A DNA stretch of 61,440 nt, filler included. It is 5 parts of 5 records of this genome, joined end to end, with 100 filler letters (N's around TTAATTAATTAA, not from the genome) between each part and the next. Parts side by side here need not be neighbours in the genome. Positions count along the whole stretch, not along the records: positions 1 to 12,219 come from DRR723986_12547; positions 12,320 to 21,270 come from DRR723986_12549; 3 more parts are not named here. The stretch is one strand, 5' to 3'. The notes beneath the pieces were generated by a model. It saw only the letters and a program-made list of their open reading frames with translations, was not told the origin of the DNA and searched no databases. Made by a program: the position numbers and the translations under genes. Positions 8,730 to 17,820 of the stretch are shown here, one piece after another (position 1 is the stretch's first letter; every line of letters begins with the position of its first letter).

Positions 8730-9566
8730 TCAGCTGTCCAGCCGCTGACAGCTGGGGCAAACGTGGGTGGAACGCTGCACCAATACGAGCTTGATAACGG
8801 CCTCGCCGCAGCGCGGACAAGGCTCACCTGTCCGCCGAAAAACCTTGAGTTCTTCCTTGTTGCTACCACGGCGGCCGGCAACGGAATAGAACGTGGTTTT
8901 GCCTGTTCCAAGCGTGGTTCCCAGGTTTTGCAGACCGCGATTGAGCACCAGCGGAATTGCCTTGTGCAAGCGCTCTAATTCCGGGCGGCTGAGTGAGGCG
9001 GCACGGCGCTCGGGATGGATTTTGGCTTCCCAGAGCGCCTCATCAATGTAAATATTGCCGAGGCCGGCTATCACGTTTTGGTCAAACAGCAGGGCCTTGA
9101 GCATGCGGTCGCGCTTGCTGAGTAGCGCCTCAAACGTGGCAAAATCAAACTCGGGGCCTAGTGGTTCCACGCCCAGCCCCCCAAGTGTTGCATCCGGATC
9201 GTCAGTCAGGATCATGCGTCCGAATTTGCGCGTGTCGTGAAAACGCAGCTCGCGGCCGTCATCCAGGTGCATGACGACGTGCTCGTGTTTGGAACGATCT
9301 TCTGAGGGCGCGGCAAAGTGCAGGCGCCCCGACATCCGCAGATGGACCAGCAGCGAAGTCCCGCCGCTCAATTCTGCCACAATCCACTTGGCGCGCCGCG
9401 TGAGAGACTCAAATTTCTTGCCGGAAATCTTGGTCGCAAACTCTTCAGGCGTCAGGCCGCGCACCGTGCGCGGCCAGGAGACGTCGGCCTGCAGCACCTT
9501 ACGGCCCAGTAGATCAGCGCTGACGAGATCATTGACTACGGTCTGGACTTCTGGTAATTCGGGCAT
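8730..9566 (-). CDS. mutM: Formamidopyrimidine-DNA glycosylase (Fpg)
   Basis: Start re-placed at MPELPEV (9566); HLRMSG, RKFG, GLGNIYIDE, C-terminal CPRC..CPSCQ zinc finger. Confidence 0.95.
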   Translation of the reverse strand: MPELPEVQTVVNDLVSADLLGRKVLQADVSWPRTVRGLTPEEFATKISGKKFESLTRRAKWIVAELSGGTSLLVHLRMSGRLHFAAPSEDRSKHEHVVMHLDDGRELRFHDTRKFGRMILTDDPDATLGGLGVEPLGPEFDFATFEALLSKRDRMLKALLFDQNVIAGLGNIYIDEALWEAKIHPERRAASLSRPELERLHKAIPLVLNRGLQNLGTTLGTGKTTFYSVAGRRGSNKEELKVFRRTGEPCPRCGEAVIKLVLVQRSTHVCPSCQRLDS

Positions 9567-9877
9567 GGACCTGGCTCCTGAAAACTCTGCGGCTGGGTTC
9601 TTGTACTGCTGGTTTCGCGATTGGCGGCGGGGTAATGACGCCGTAATTAACGCCGCAACCGGCGCCCGTAAAAAGCGTCGGTACCCATTCCGCGTAAGCG
9701 CTGCCACGCGCCACCAAACCACTATCAAATCTTGTTCCGGGGCGTACGGCGCGGTGACTTATTGTACAAGGTGCAAGCACACGCCAGGGGCGACCGGCGC
9801 AGACAAATAACAAATCACCACAGACGCCGGCAGCTATTGTTTTCAGCCTGGGGCCTGGACACGTGAGACGGCAGCCC

Positions 9878-9928
9878 AAAAACAAGAATGCCGCCGCAAA
9901 CCGAATTTCTCCAGCAGTTGCGGCGGCA
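9878..9928 (-). terminator. Rho-independent terminator after Cys-rich gene
   Basis: TGCCGCCGCAA/TTGCGGCGGCA stem followed on minus strand by TTCTTGTTTTT. Confidence 0.65.
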
Positions 9929-9992
9929 CAGAATAACCTAAAGAGTATTACCAAAAAGAATAACCCCAAGAGAATATCAGTGACGGCAGCGA

Positions 9993-10385
9993 TTAGTCGG
10001 GACATCCCGTACAGCAATACGTCACCGTAACAGTCACGCCGCAGGAGTAGCCGCCCTGCACGATTTCGCGCTCAATTGAGCGAACTTTGATGCCGGTGCA
10101 TTCGCGCATGCGGCATTCCTCACGGGCGCATTGCAGTGCGGCACGCGTCAGCTCTTCGGTTTTCATTTTGAGCGATTCATCGTCGCAGAGTGAGTGTCCC
10201 TGGCGCACGCAGGTCAATGCAGGCGTGTCACAGTCGGCCTGTGTGCCGGTATCATCATTTTGCAGCAGCATTTCATGGATCACAACTGGCTGGTCGGCCG
10301 CTGTTTCACTGGTCGAATTGGCAGTCAGGGCAAAGGGCGTAATTACAAGTGCAAGGCAGGCAATAAATCCGATTAGACGTTTCAT
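9993..10385 (-). CDS. Secreted cysteine-rich hypothetical protein
   Basis: MKRLIGFIACLALVITPFALTA signal peptide; 10 Cys in mature part, ending YCCTGCPD; terminator downstream. Confidence 0.7.
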   Translation of the reverse strand: MKRLIGFIACLALVITPFALTANSTSETAADQPVVIHEMLLQNDDTGTQADCDTPALTCVRQGHSLCDDESLKMKTEELTRAALQCAREECRMRECTGIKVRSIEREIVQGGYSCGVTVTVTYCCTGCPD

Positions 10386-10790
10386 GAGAGTGTTCCTGTC
10401 AGAAAGAGAAATAAAAATAGTGGTTCAGCTCCGGTCGTATCTCCGGGCTGTTTGGCTAAAAGCAGTGGTTATTCTCCCGCATTCCAAACGGCAGTAGCAG
10501 CGCGGTCCGGCAAGGATTTGCCAGGGCTCAGGGCAGGGGTGCTTGTGGAGGAATAGCAATCTTATATGCGCGCTTCCCAATTCGGCGAGGGTGCCCAGGA
10601 ATCTGGTCGCCAGGATCGGTCGCTCAAGCAGGCGGCATATCTTCGATGCGGCAGTGCATCACAAGTAATAAGAAACGTGCATTGATTCAATGCAGCATAC
10701 GCTGGGCCAAGTATACGGCACGGCACGCATTCCTGCAAACTTTATTAAACCGGGTTAGAGTCCACAGAGATACAAAACTCTGCAGGCTGA

Positions 10791-11561
10791 TCAGTTTTTG
10801 GTGAGAAGCGGCACAAATGGATCGCCGCCCGGCAGCAATTCTTCCAGCGAAGCCGCCGCCGCTACGTCGCTGATTTCCAGGTCGAGTACTGCAATCTTGT
10901 GGCGCTGCGAAAGCATGGCGCCGCCGGGCAGTTCAGTCCAGTCTTCCCATGTGGCACGCATGCCGCCAACCGGAATGATCGAAACCCACATTTGCCAGGC
11001 GCGCGGCAGACCGCTGGAGTCAGGCAGAATCAAATACGAATCACCAGGAGTGACGCCCCCATTATCAAAAGTCACCAGCAGTGCATTCGGCTCGTCTGGG
11101 CGGCGCACCAGGCTACGTTTGGTTCCGGCATCAAATAGTTTTGGAAAAGGATTCAGCCAAAACGAGTCATTTACCCAGTATTCCCATGCATCCTGCAGCA
11201 TTTCCTGGGCATCAGCATCGTCGGGCATACGCGTGCCGTCAGTAAAAACCACGCCGTCGCGCGTCCCCAAATTCAGATACACTTCGTTATCACCGTAGCG
11301 CACACGCAGCATATTTCTATCGCGATCCCAGAGGTGTTGGTTGCGTCCAGCAAATGTCCACTGAATTGCGCGTACGTCGTCCCAAGCTTCGGTTGCAACG
11401 GCCTGCATTATTTTCCGCGCCAGACTGTCTGCCTGCGGGCCTTCTTCGCCCACGGGCAGCGCTTCATCGGCATAGAGGAACCCACTTACACCGGCGACTA
11501 TCACGAGCACGATTGTTATCAGGCATATCCGTTTCCAGCGCGACTTTTTACCAATTTCCAC
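10791..11561 (-). CDS. Hypothetical exported/membrane-anchored protein
   Basis: N-terminal TM helix; Trp-rich motifs WVNDSFWLNP, GVTPGDSY, WQMWVSIIP; GTG start. Confidence 0.75.
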   Translation of the reverse strand: MEIGKKSRWKRICLITIVLVIVAGVSGFLYADEALPVGEEGPQADSLARKIMQAVATEAWDDVRAIQWTFAGRNQHLWDRDRNMLRVRYGDNEVYLNLGTRDGVVFTDGTRMPDDADAQEMLQDAWEYWVNDSFWLNPFPKLFDAGTKRSLVRRPDEPNALLVTFDNGGVTPGDSYLILPDSSGLPRAWQMWVSIIPVGGMRATWEDWTELPGGAMLSQRHKIAVLDLEISDVAAAASLEELLPGGDPFVPLLTKN

Positions 11562-11713
11562 GATTCGGCGTCTGTTTTTTGTGTGTTTTTGAGCGTTTTT
11601 TTGGTGGTGGAATGACGCAGCAGACCGGACTTTGGTGCTTGTATTTTCCAGTGGCCGGCATTTTTACGGTGCTGGGCTGGGTGTCCTTTTTGTTGTGCGG
11701 GGTGTTGTGCGGG

Positions 11714-11773
11714 GGCTTGAGCGCTGCGCCCCTTTCACTGCGTTCAGTGGCTTACTTTTTTCTTTTTGTTAGG
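11714..11773 (+). repeat. Intergenic repeat family, copy 2, within G/T-rich tract 11565-11850
   Basis: First 17 nt identical to 5525 copy and same T-rich tail ending GTTAGG; flanks resemble reverse complement of 46710-46872. Confidence 0.8.
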
Positions 11774-12194
11774 TGTTGGGATGGAAGTCTGGAGCTTGTG
11801 GGGCTGAGGCTTTTAGGCATGCAGACTTGGGGTTGGGGGTCTTTGGGTTAAGAATCTGAAAAACCACCACCTGTGAGCCACAGGCACACAGCTGGTGTGG
11901 AAAACTTTCGAGCTCAAATAATCGACCAATCAGACGCAATTACTCCTCGCTGGAGCGCTTTCTGAGGCACTTGAGACTGAATGACCTGGATCTTTGAGTC
12001 TTTAGACACTTCTCCAGCCGCGCCTTCAGACTCAGAGCCGCTTTGGCTTGTGCCGTCCAGCCGAATTTCATGCAGGCTCGCCGACATTTGGAGAGAGTTT
12101 GAGCCCAAATCCTGCAAGCCCAAACCCTTTAATACAGACCCAAACAGTTGGGTTTCCAGATCACAACTCATTCCCAGATTACAACTCAACACCA

Positions 12195-12219
12195 GCTCAC
12201 AGCCCTAAGGGCTGTGAGC
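12195..12219. repeat. Perfect palindrome at contig end (REP-like)
   Basis: GCTCACAGCCC-TAA-GGGCTGTGAGC; shares CAGCCCTAAGGGCTG core with 6146-6166. Confidence 0.8.
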
Positions 12220-12319
12220 NNNNNNNNNNNNNNNNNNNNNNNNNNNNNNNNNNNNNNNNNNNNTTAATTAATTAANNNNNNNNNNNNNNNNNNNNNNNNN
12301 NNNNNNNNNNNNNNNNNNN
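12220..12319. other. Artificial contig spacer
   Basis: 44 N + TTAATTAATTAA (stops in all six frames) + 44 N. Confidence 0.98.
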
Positions 12320-13232
12320 GTTCATCAACAGAAGTAGAGGCAATTGCCTGGTCATCGCAGCAGAACTCGCGCAACAGACTAATCCGGCGACTTAACCACC
12401 ATACAGCAGGGTTGAAGAAGAGGATGGCCTCTGTGAAGCGTTGGAAGAGAATCATCCACAAGTCGTGTCGTCGGATATGGGCCAATTCGTGAGCTAGAAT
12501 CATCTCAACCTCATCAGCAGTCAGGCCGGTGAGTGCTGACGTTGGAAGCAGAACAGTTGGCTTTAATAAACCAACAACCTTGGGTACGACAACTTGTTCG
12601 CTGTGTACAATTGCTGGTGTAAGTTTGAGTGAGTATCGTCGGCAGAGCTTGTGGAAAGTTTCGAGAACGGGCCCGTCAACTATCTTCGTAGTGGCTGATC
12701 GCAGCCGTTCATTCAGAATCGCAGAGCGCAGCAATCGAACCAACATGATTAGCACGCCAATCGCGTACGCTGATATCAACCACGGCATCGATTCCGCTAT
12801 GACTCCTCCACTGAGAGTACCAATACGTTCCGTTTCACGCGGGTTCATCGCGTCTGATTGAACGACACTGTTCGCGGTCAGGGGCCGGCCTGTTGGCGAA
12901 GAGCCTCGGATGGACGGCGAAGCGATTTCACTGGAACTGGCTCGCCCGACTACGGCGGATTCGAGTGCTGTGGATTCGCCCGCAGCAGAAAATTGTGACG
13001 AAGTCTCCGTGGACATTGGAGTGAGCGGACTGGCTAAGAACTGATAGTTCAATGGCAACGCCATTACGCCTACCGCTAAAGCACCTACGTGCACCCAATA
13101 TGCGATTCGATCCCGAGAGGGGCCCAGCAAGAATCGACAAGCAGTGGCCAATAGTGCGAGAAGAGCAACTTGCCACAGTGAATGCAGCAGAGCAAAACAT
13201 AGCCGCTGACAAAACGGTTCGAGCTCGATCAT
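12320..13232 (-). CDS. M56 family metallopeptidase (BlaR1/MecR1-like), 3' truncated by contig end
   Basis: LLHSLWQ N-terminus, TM helices, HELAH zinc motif, FFNPAVWW..REFCCDD. Confidence 0.92.
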
Positions 13233-13627
13233 GATTTCTTCTCCTTCGCCTTCTTCGCGATTAGCTTTCGCAGTTCGCCAAGCTCTTCTGCGTCCAGGTC
13301 ACGAGTTTCCAACAAGTTGGAGACTAGGTCCGTGGCCGAGCCTTCAAAAACACTCGAAACGAAGGTGCCCATCATTTTGCCAACAACGTTTTGTCGCTGC
13401 TGTTTAGGGGAAAACAGGAACGCATTCGCTCTTTTCCGCCGCGTTACGAACCCTTTGCGATGCATGATGTTCAGCATCGTTACGACTGTGCTGTGCGCTA
13501 GCGGGCGGTCCGCATCGCTTTCCAGTCTTGCTCGCACCTCACGGACTGGAAGCGGCGACTCCCGCCATAGGACTTTCAAGATCGCCAGCTCCAACTCTGT
13601 TGGATGCTCTGATTCACTTCGAGCCAT
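13229..13627 (-). CDS. BlaI/MecI/CopY family transcriptional repressor
   Basis: PTELELAILKVLW...STVVTMLNIMHRKGFV; ATGA overlap with M56 gene. Confidence 0.93.
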   Translation of the reverse strand: MARSESEHPTELELAILKVLWRESPLPVREVRARLESDADRPLAHSTVVTMLNIMHRKGFVTRRKRANAFLFSPKQQRQNVVGKMMGTFVSSVFEGSATDLVSNLLETRDLDAEELGELRKLIAKKAKEKKS

Positions 13628-13668
13628 CGTTCACCAATCTGTTCTGTCCAAAATAGCGCAGCCGAAAA

Positions 13669-13740
13669 CAACGAATTCTTTAGATGAACATACGCAATCC
13701 CGCCAACCAATGCAACACAGCCCATCTAAAGAATTAGATG
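13669..13740. promoter_or_regulatory. Candidate BlaI-family operator pair
   Basis: CATCTAA-AGAA-TTAGATG (13723-13740) and CAACGAA-TTCT-TTAGATG (13669-13686) upstream of the blaI-like start. Confidence 0.6.
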
Positions 13741-13771
13741 AAATGCACTCAGGGTCGTTGGTCTCGCCATA

Positions 13772-13807
13772 AATAGAAAACGCCCCAGCGGGTTAGCCGG
13801 GGCGTTG
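13772..13807 (-). terminator. Rho-independent terminator after Gfo/Idh/MocA gene
   Basis: AACGCCCC..GGGGCGTT stem with T-run on minus strand. Confidence 0.7.
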
Positions 13808-13850
13808 AGTTTTCTTGAGCTTCGATAAAGAAGCATTCTTGGCGGGAAGC

Positions 13851-15287
13851 TTAGAGAGTCCAACCTTCGCGGTATTCACGACCGACGAATTCGTTCATTT
13901 CCGGAACGTTGGTGCACTTCATGTCAGCAGCATTCCACTCGTATCGCTTGCCAACTTCGCCGCGTAGGGCCAAGATGCCGACCAACATAGTTTCGGTCAG
14001 ACGGCCAGCGTAGCCAAAGTTCGACATCGTTCCTGGCTCGTACTCGCCGGCAACCGACTTGACGAACTCCCACTTCTGACGCTCGTCGGTTCCAGCTTGG
14101 AACGGAATACGAGGAAGAGTCTCCTCAGGCATCTTGTAGCCGCCAACTGGATTGCCGTCTTGAACGACAACCTTGCCATCGATAACAACATCGTACTTCG
14201 CACCATAGTCATTTGGTGAGAATACCATTCCCTTGCTACCAACAATCAAGGCTCCGCTGTAACCACGATCACGCTTGCCAGCCTTCTTCTCAGCCAGTTT
14301 CTTTTGGAAACCGTCATTCTTGATCGTAGCCAGCAGGGAGTCGGCCGGAACGTTACCACCATCGTACCAATAGAAGTCCGTAGCGACCAAACCGTTTCGT
14401 TCTGGGAACTCAAACCTCAAGCTGCTAGACGAAGGATATTGTTCACCAGCACCGATGCCTGAGTTGGCCACCGCGGTCACAGCCACAGGATCCCACAACT
14501 CTAAAGCCTTGACAGGCATGTTGGTCGTGTGGCACGCCATATCACCCAGTGCACCGGTTCCGAAGTCCAACCAACCTCGCCAGTTGAATCGGTGGTAAGT
14601 ACCGGCACCAACGTATGGCCGCATCGGAGCAGGACCGATCCAACCATCCCAGTTTAGGCCCGATGGAACTGGATCTTCGCGATCCGGACGCCCTTGGCCT
14701 TGAGGCCAGATTGGGCGATCCGTCCAAACGTGAACTTCAGAAACGTCGCCGATCGCGCCGGAGCGAATGACTTCGACGGCACTTCGTAGACCATCTTCAC
14801 TGGTGCCCTGGTTACCCATTTGAGTAACAACACCCATCTTTTCAGCCGTTTCGCGTAGCATGCGTGCCTCTTGGATGGACCAAGTTAGCGGCTTTTGGCA
14901 GTAGACGTGTTTCTTCATCTTCATGGCCATCATGGCCGCGGCAGCGTGTGTATGGTCCGGCGTACTGACGACGACCATATCAACCTTGTCGCCCAGCTTG
15001 TCGAGCATTTCACGGAAGTCCTGGAATTGCTCCGCAGACTTGTGCTTGATACCCTTCTTCCGAAGCAACAGCTTGTCTACGTCACAGATCCCGACCAAAT
15101 CGACATCCAATTCAGCAATGTGCCTGGAATCACTATCGCCTTTTCCACCAACACCGATACACGCCGCCGTTGGCGCTGCAAGCGCCGAACGGTACGCACG
15201 TGAAGTTTGAGTAGTGCCCAGCCAAACGCCTGCACCGATTGCTGACGTTGCTCCGATAAATTGACGACGATTGGTCGATCGACTCAT
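13851..15287 (-). CDS. Gfo/Idh/MocA family oxidoreductase with Tat signal
   Basis: TNRRQFIG twin-arginine signal; IGVGGKG, STPDHTH, YCQKPL, GDMACH. Confidence 0.92.
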   Translation of the reverse strand: MSRSTNRRQFIGATSAIGAGVWLGTTQTSRAYRSALAAPTAACIGVGGKGDSDSRHIAELDVDLVGICDVDKLLLRKKGIKHKSAEQFQDFREMLDKLGDKVDMVVVSTPDHTHAAAAMMAMKMKKHVYCQKPLTWSIQEARMLRETAEKMGVVTQMGNQGTSEDGLRSAVEVIRSGAIGDVSEVHVWTDRPIWPQGQGRPDREDPVPSGLNWDGWIGPAPMRPYVGAGTYHRFNWRGWLDFGTGALGDMACHTTNMPVKALELWDPVAVTAVANSGIGAGEQYPSSSSLRFEFPERNGLVATDFYWYDGGNVPADSLLATIKNDGFQKKLAEKKAGKRDRGYSGALIVGSKGMVFSPNDYGAKYDVVIDGKVVVQDGNPVGGYKMPEETLPRIPFQAGTDERQKWEFVKSVAGEYEPGTMSNFGYAGRLTETMLVGILALRGEVGKRYEWNAADMKCTNVPEMNEFVGREYREGWTL

Positions 15288-15596
15288 GTTTGCTGCTCCG
15301 AAGGAGGGTGAGTTTTAAAGACAGTGCCGAGGACGTTTGTAAAACTTATGTGGCACTGGCGGGAGAGTTGACTACTTCGCTATGGCAGCTCGAATCACCG
15401 TACCGCTCACTAGCGTCGTAGAATTATACGTACCGAGCGGCCAATTTAACATGGCCAAGCTGCCCAACACTTGAAAGAAGCCTGCGTGGCCGATAGCTTA
15501 GCCTTTGCTCAGCCCCACACCGACCCAAGCTGCGAGAGCGGCCCGTTTGGGGGCGTCCTGCAGCTTCCCGCCTAAGCATCCTCCGAGGAAAGTTTG

Positions 15597-16901
15597 ATGA
15601 AACCCGCCATTTCGATTGGTATCGTTGCCCTTGCCCTTTTGGTCAGCCCCGGCTGCAAGAGCAAGAAAGCTGAGGAGATGGCAGACAACATCAAGGCCTC
15701 GAAGGCTGAACCGCCAAAGGCTGCCGCAGACCCAGCCGATGTGGTTGCAGAGCTGAAAGCGGCGGGGTTTGAGCTAAAGACGAATTCCAACGGCAACGTC
15801 ATCTCAGCATCCACCTCGATGCGCGAAGAATCGCCCGAGACACTCAAGATGCTGGCCGAGCTAAAGCAGCTTGAAACCATCATCTTGGGTGGACCAGGAA
15901 CCACCGACGCGGGGCTCGAGATCCTGAGCGGCATGAAGAAGCTTAAACGCGTCGACCTGACCCGGACTCAGGTAACTGACCAAGTGCTTGAGCCGATTGG
16001 CAAGAACCAAAATATCGAAGTCCTCATCCTCCGCCAAACGGGCGTTACCGATGCGGGGCTGGAGAATATTGTCGGGCTGAAGAAACTGCGAGCACTGGAC
16101 CTGCGGAATACGGTCGTCAGCAACGAAGGCCTCAAGTTTATTGGCCAAATGAAATCGCTCGTTGACCTGCAGCTTGAGCGCGGCCGCATCACCGATCCAG
16201 GCCTGGAGCAGATCACTGGACTTCAAAAGCTGAGAAACCTGAACCTAAACACAGTCCTTGACCTTACAGACGAATCACTCAAACACATCGGGAAACTCAA
16301 ATCGCTCGAGGCCCTGCAAATGGACTCGACACAGATTACTGACGAGGGCTTGGTACACCTGAAAGATCTTGAAAAGTTGAAGCGGCTGCGCGTCCGCGAG
16401 TGCTTCATCACCAGCGACGGTATCCAGCACCTCGAGGGCAAGGATACGCTTGAGCGGCTCGAACTGCGACTAACTGTCTTCGATGATGTTGGCATGTCGA
16501 TTATCGGCGCCTTGCCAAATTTGAACTACCTCGACCTAAGCGAATGCACCGAGATTACCAGCGAAGGGTTCAAGAGCCTGGCTGGCAACAAGAAACTCAC
16601 CTATCTGGGTTGCTGGGAAACCGAAATCGACGACGGAGCACTTGCGGAACTTACCAAGCTGCCTATCGAAGAACTCGATCTTAGAAGCACTAGCATTACC
16701 AATGCTTCTGGAGAGCACTTGGCGAAGATGCCCAAGCTTTCGAGCCTCAATCTGGAGGGCAACCAAATTGACGACGAACTGCTTAAACAGCTCGCAAACA
16801 GCAAGAGCCTGACGAAGCTGACCGTGTCCAAGACCGGCGTGACCTCTGCGGGCATCGAGGCGATCAAGCAAGCGATTCCGAACCTCAAAGTCGCAGATTA
16901 A
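15597..16901 (+). CDS. Leucine-rich repeat lipoprotein
   Basis: LLVSPG-C lipobox-like signal; about 14 repeats of ~24 aa (LxxLxLxxTxITDxGLxxL); GAGGA RBS before ATG 15597. Confidence 0.88.
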   Translation: MKPAISIGIVALALLVSPGCKSKKAEEMADNIKASKAEPPKAAADPADVVAELKAAGFELKTNSNGNVISASTSMREESPETLKMLAELKQLETIILGGPGTTDAGLEILSGMKKLKRVDLTRTQVTDQVLEPIGKNQNIEVLILRQTGVTDAGLENIVGLKKLRALDLRNTVVSNEGLKFIGQMKSLVDLQLERGRITDPGLEQITGLQKLRNLNLNTVLDLTDESLKHIGKLKSLEALQMDSTQITDEGLVHLKDLEKLKRLRVRECFITSDGIQHLEGKDTLERLELRLTVFDDVGMSIIGALPNLNYLDLSECTEITSEGFKSLAGNKKLTYLGCWETEIDDGALAELTKLPIEELDLRSTSITNASGEHLAKMPKLSSLNLEGNQIDDELLKQLANSKSLTKLTVSKTGVTSAGIEAIKQAIPNLKVAD

Positions 16902-17181
16902 CTGCCACTTTCAACGCCAGCCGTCAATCATCGCCGCCGCCCGTAATAGGCAAAGCTCACGGGTCGTAGCGGCTGCGCTGAAGGATTTGCTAGCAATATG
17001 GCAGGGGCTGGGCTAATTCTGTTTAGCTAGCTCGCTCATCTGCCGATCCCGAAGAGCGGGCCTGTCTCTCTGGCCCTGCGACCCATTTCCCTTTCAAGTG
17101 GTTGCAAGAAACTGCTAGCACCCGGGCCGGTGTCTACGCAAAATATCAACCGTTTGGCCTGAACCCAGGGGGCAAAACGCA

Positions 17182-17451
17182 GTGTGGCGAGCTTTCTTTT
17201 TCGCAGTCGGCACGATGCTGGTGATCGTTGGCATTGAGTGCTTGATGATCGACAGTGCGACAATCGTTTCCGAAACCACCCAGAAGGTCCAATCAACTTC
17301 TTCGGCCTGGTTCCAAGAGCCTCCGAAGCTTGTTCAGGTGAAGACAAACAAAGTCGTCAAACCACCAGAATGGATCCCCTGGAGCCTGCTGGCGAGTGGT
17401 TCGGTCATCATCTTGTACGCACTCACTCTCCGCCACCGCGGCGGCGATTAG
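17182..17451 (+). CDS. Small two-TM hypothetical membrane protein
   Basis: MWRAFFFAVG.. and PPEWIPWSLLASGSVIILY hydrophobic segments; GTG start. Confidence 0.7.
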   Translation: MWRAFFFAVGTMLVIVGIECLMIDSATIVSETTQKVQSTSSAWFQEPPKLVQVKTNKVVKPPEWIPWSLLASGSVIILYALTLRHRGGD

Positions 17452-17471
17452 CCCGATATCAGGCAGCTCGT

Positions 17472-17625
17472 GCAGGGCGGCTGTAACCCACAAGCACCCG
17501 TAGGTCGGTGAAACCCACCACCCACAACCCAGTTCAGCGCCCGTAGGGTGGGTGTAACCCACCACCCACAACAGGTTCAACGCCCCCGCAACCGGCTGTG
17601 ACACGTAGGGTGGGTGAAACCCACC
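17472..17625 (+). repeat. Cluster of GTAG-type REP palindromes
   Basis: GTAG-GGTGGGT-G(A/T)A-ACCCACC at 17543 and 17605; variants at 17500 and 17472; all in direct orientation. Confidence 0.85.
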
Positions 17626-17820
17626 AAGCCCCAACGCACCGCCCCTTTGCGCCGAATCGACGGCCCTTCCCTCTGCTCGTACCGAAGTCCCGCCCCGCCC
17701 TTCCGTCTATCCACCGAGCCTTGACCTGAGGAGTTATTGCGCTTACTCTCTTGCATTCGGCTTTGTAATAAACAGCCGACCAGCATCACTCTTGCTAATA
17801 CAGCTTCGAGCGCACAACTT

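Noticed and set aside
9567..9728. N-terminal extension on MutM
   Set aside because: Fpg needs its catalytic Pro at the N-terminus, so the start is MPELPEV at 9566.
12264..12275. TTAATTAATTAA as a biological repeat
   Set aside because: It is always centred in N-runs and is a six-frame-stop linker added during concatenation.
11914..12275. Short ORFs near the end of contig A
   Set aside because: Mutually overlapping, with no motifs or RBS, in repeat-rich DNA.
17472..17625. CRISPR array
   Set aside because: Repeats are ~21-bp GTAG hairpins with irregular, partly similar spacers and no cas genes; they fit REP elements.
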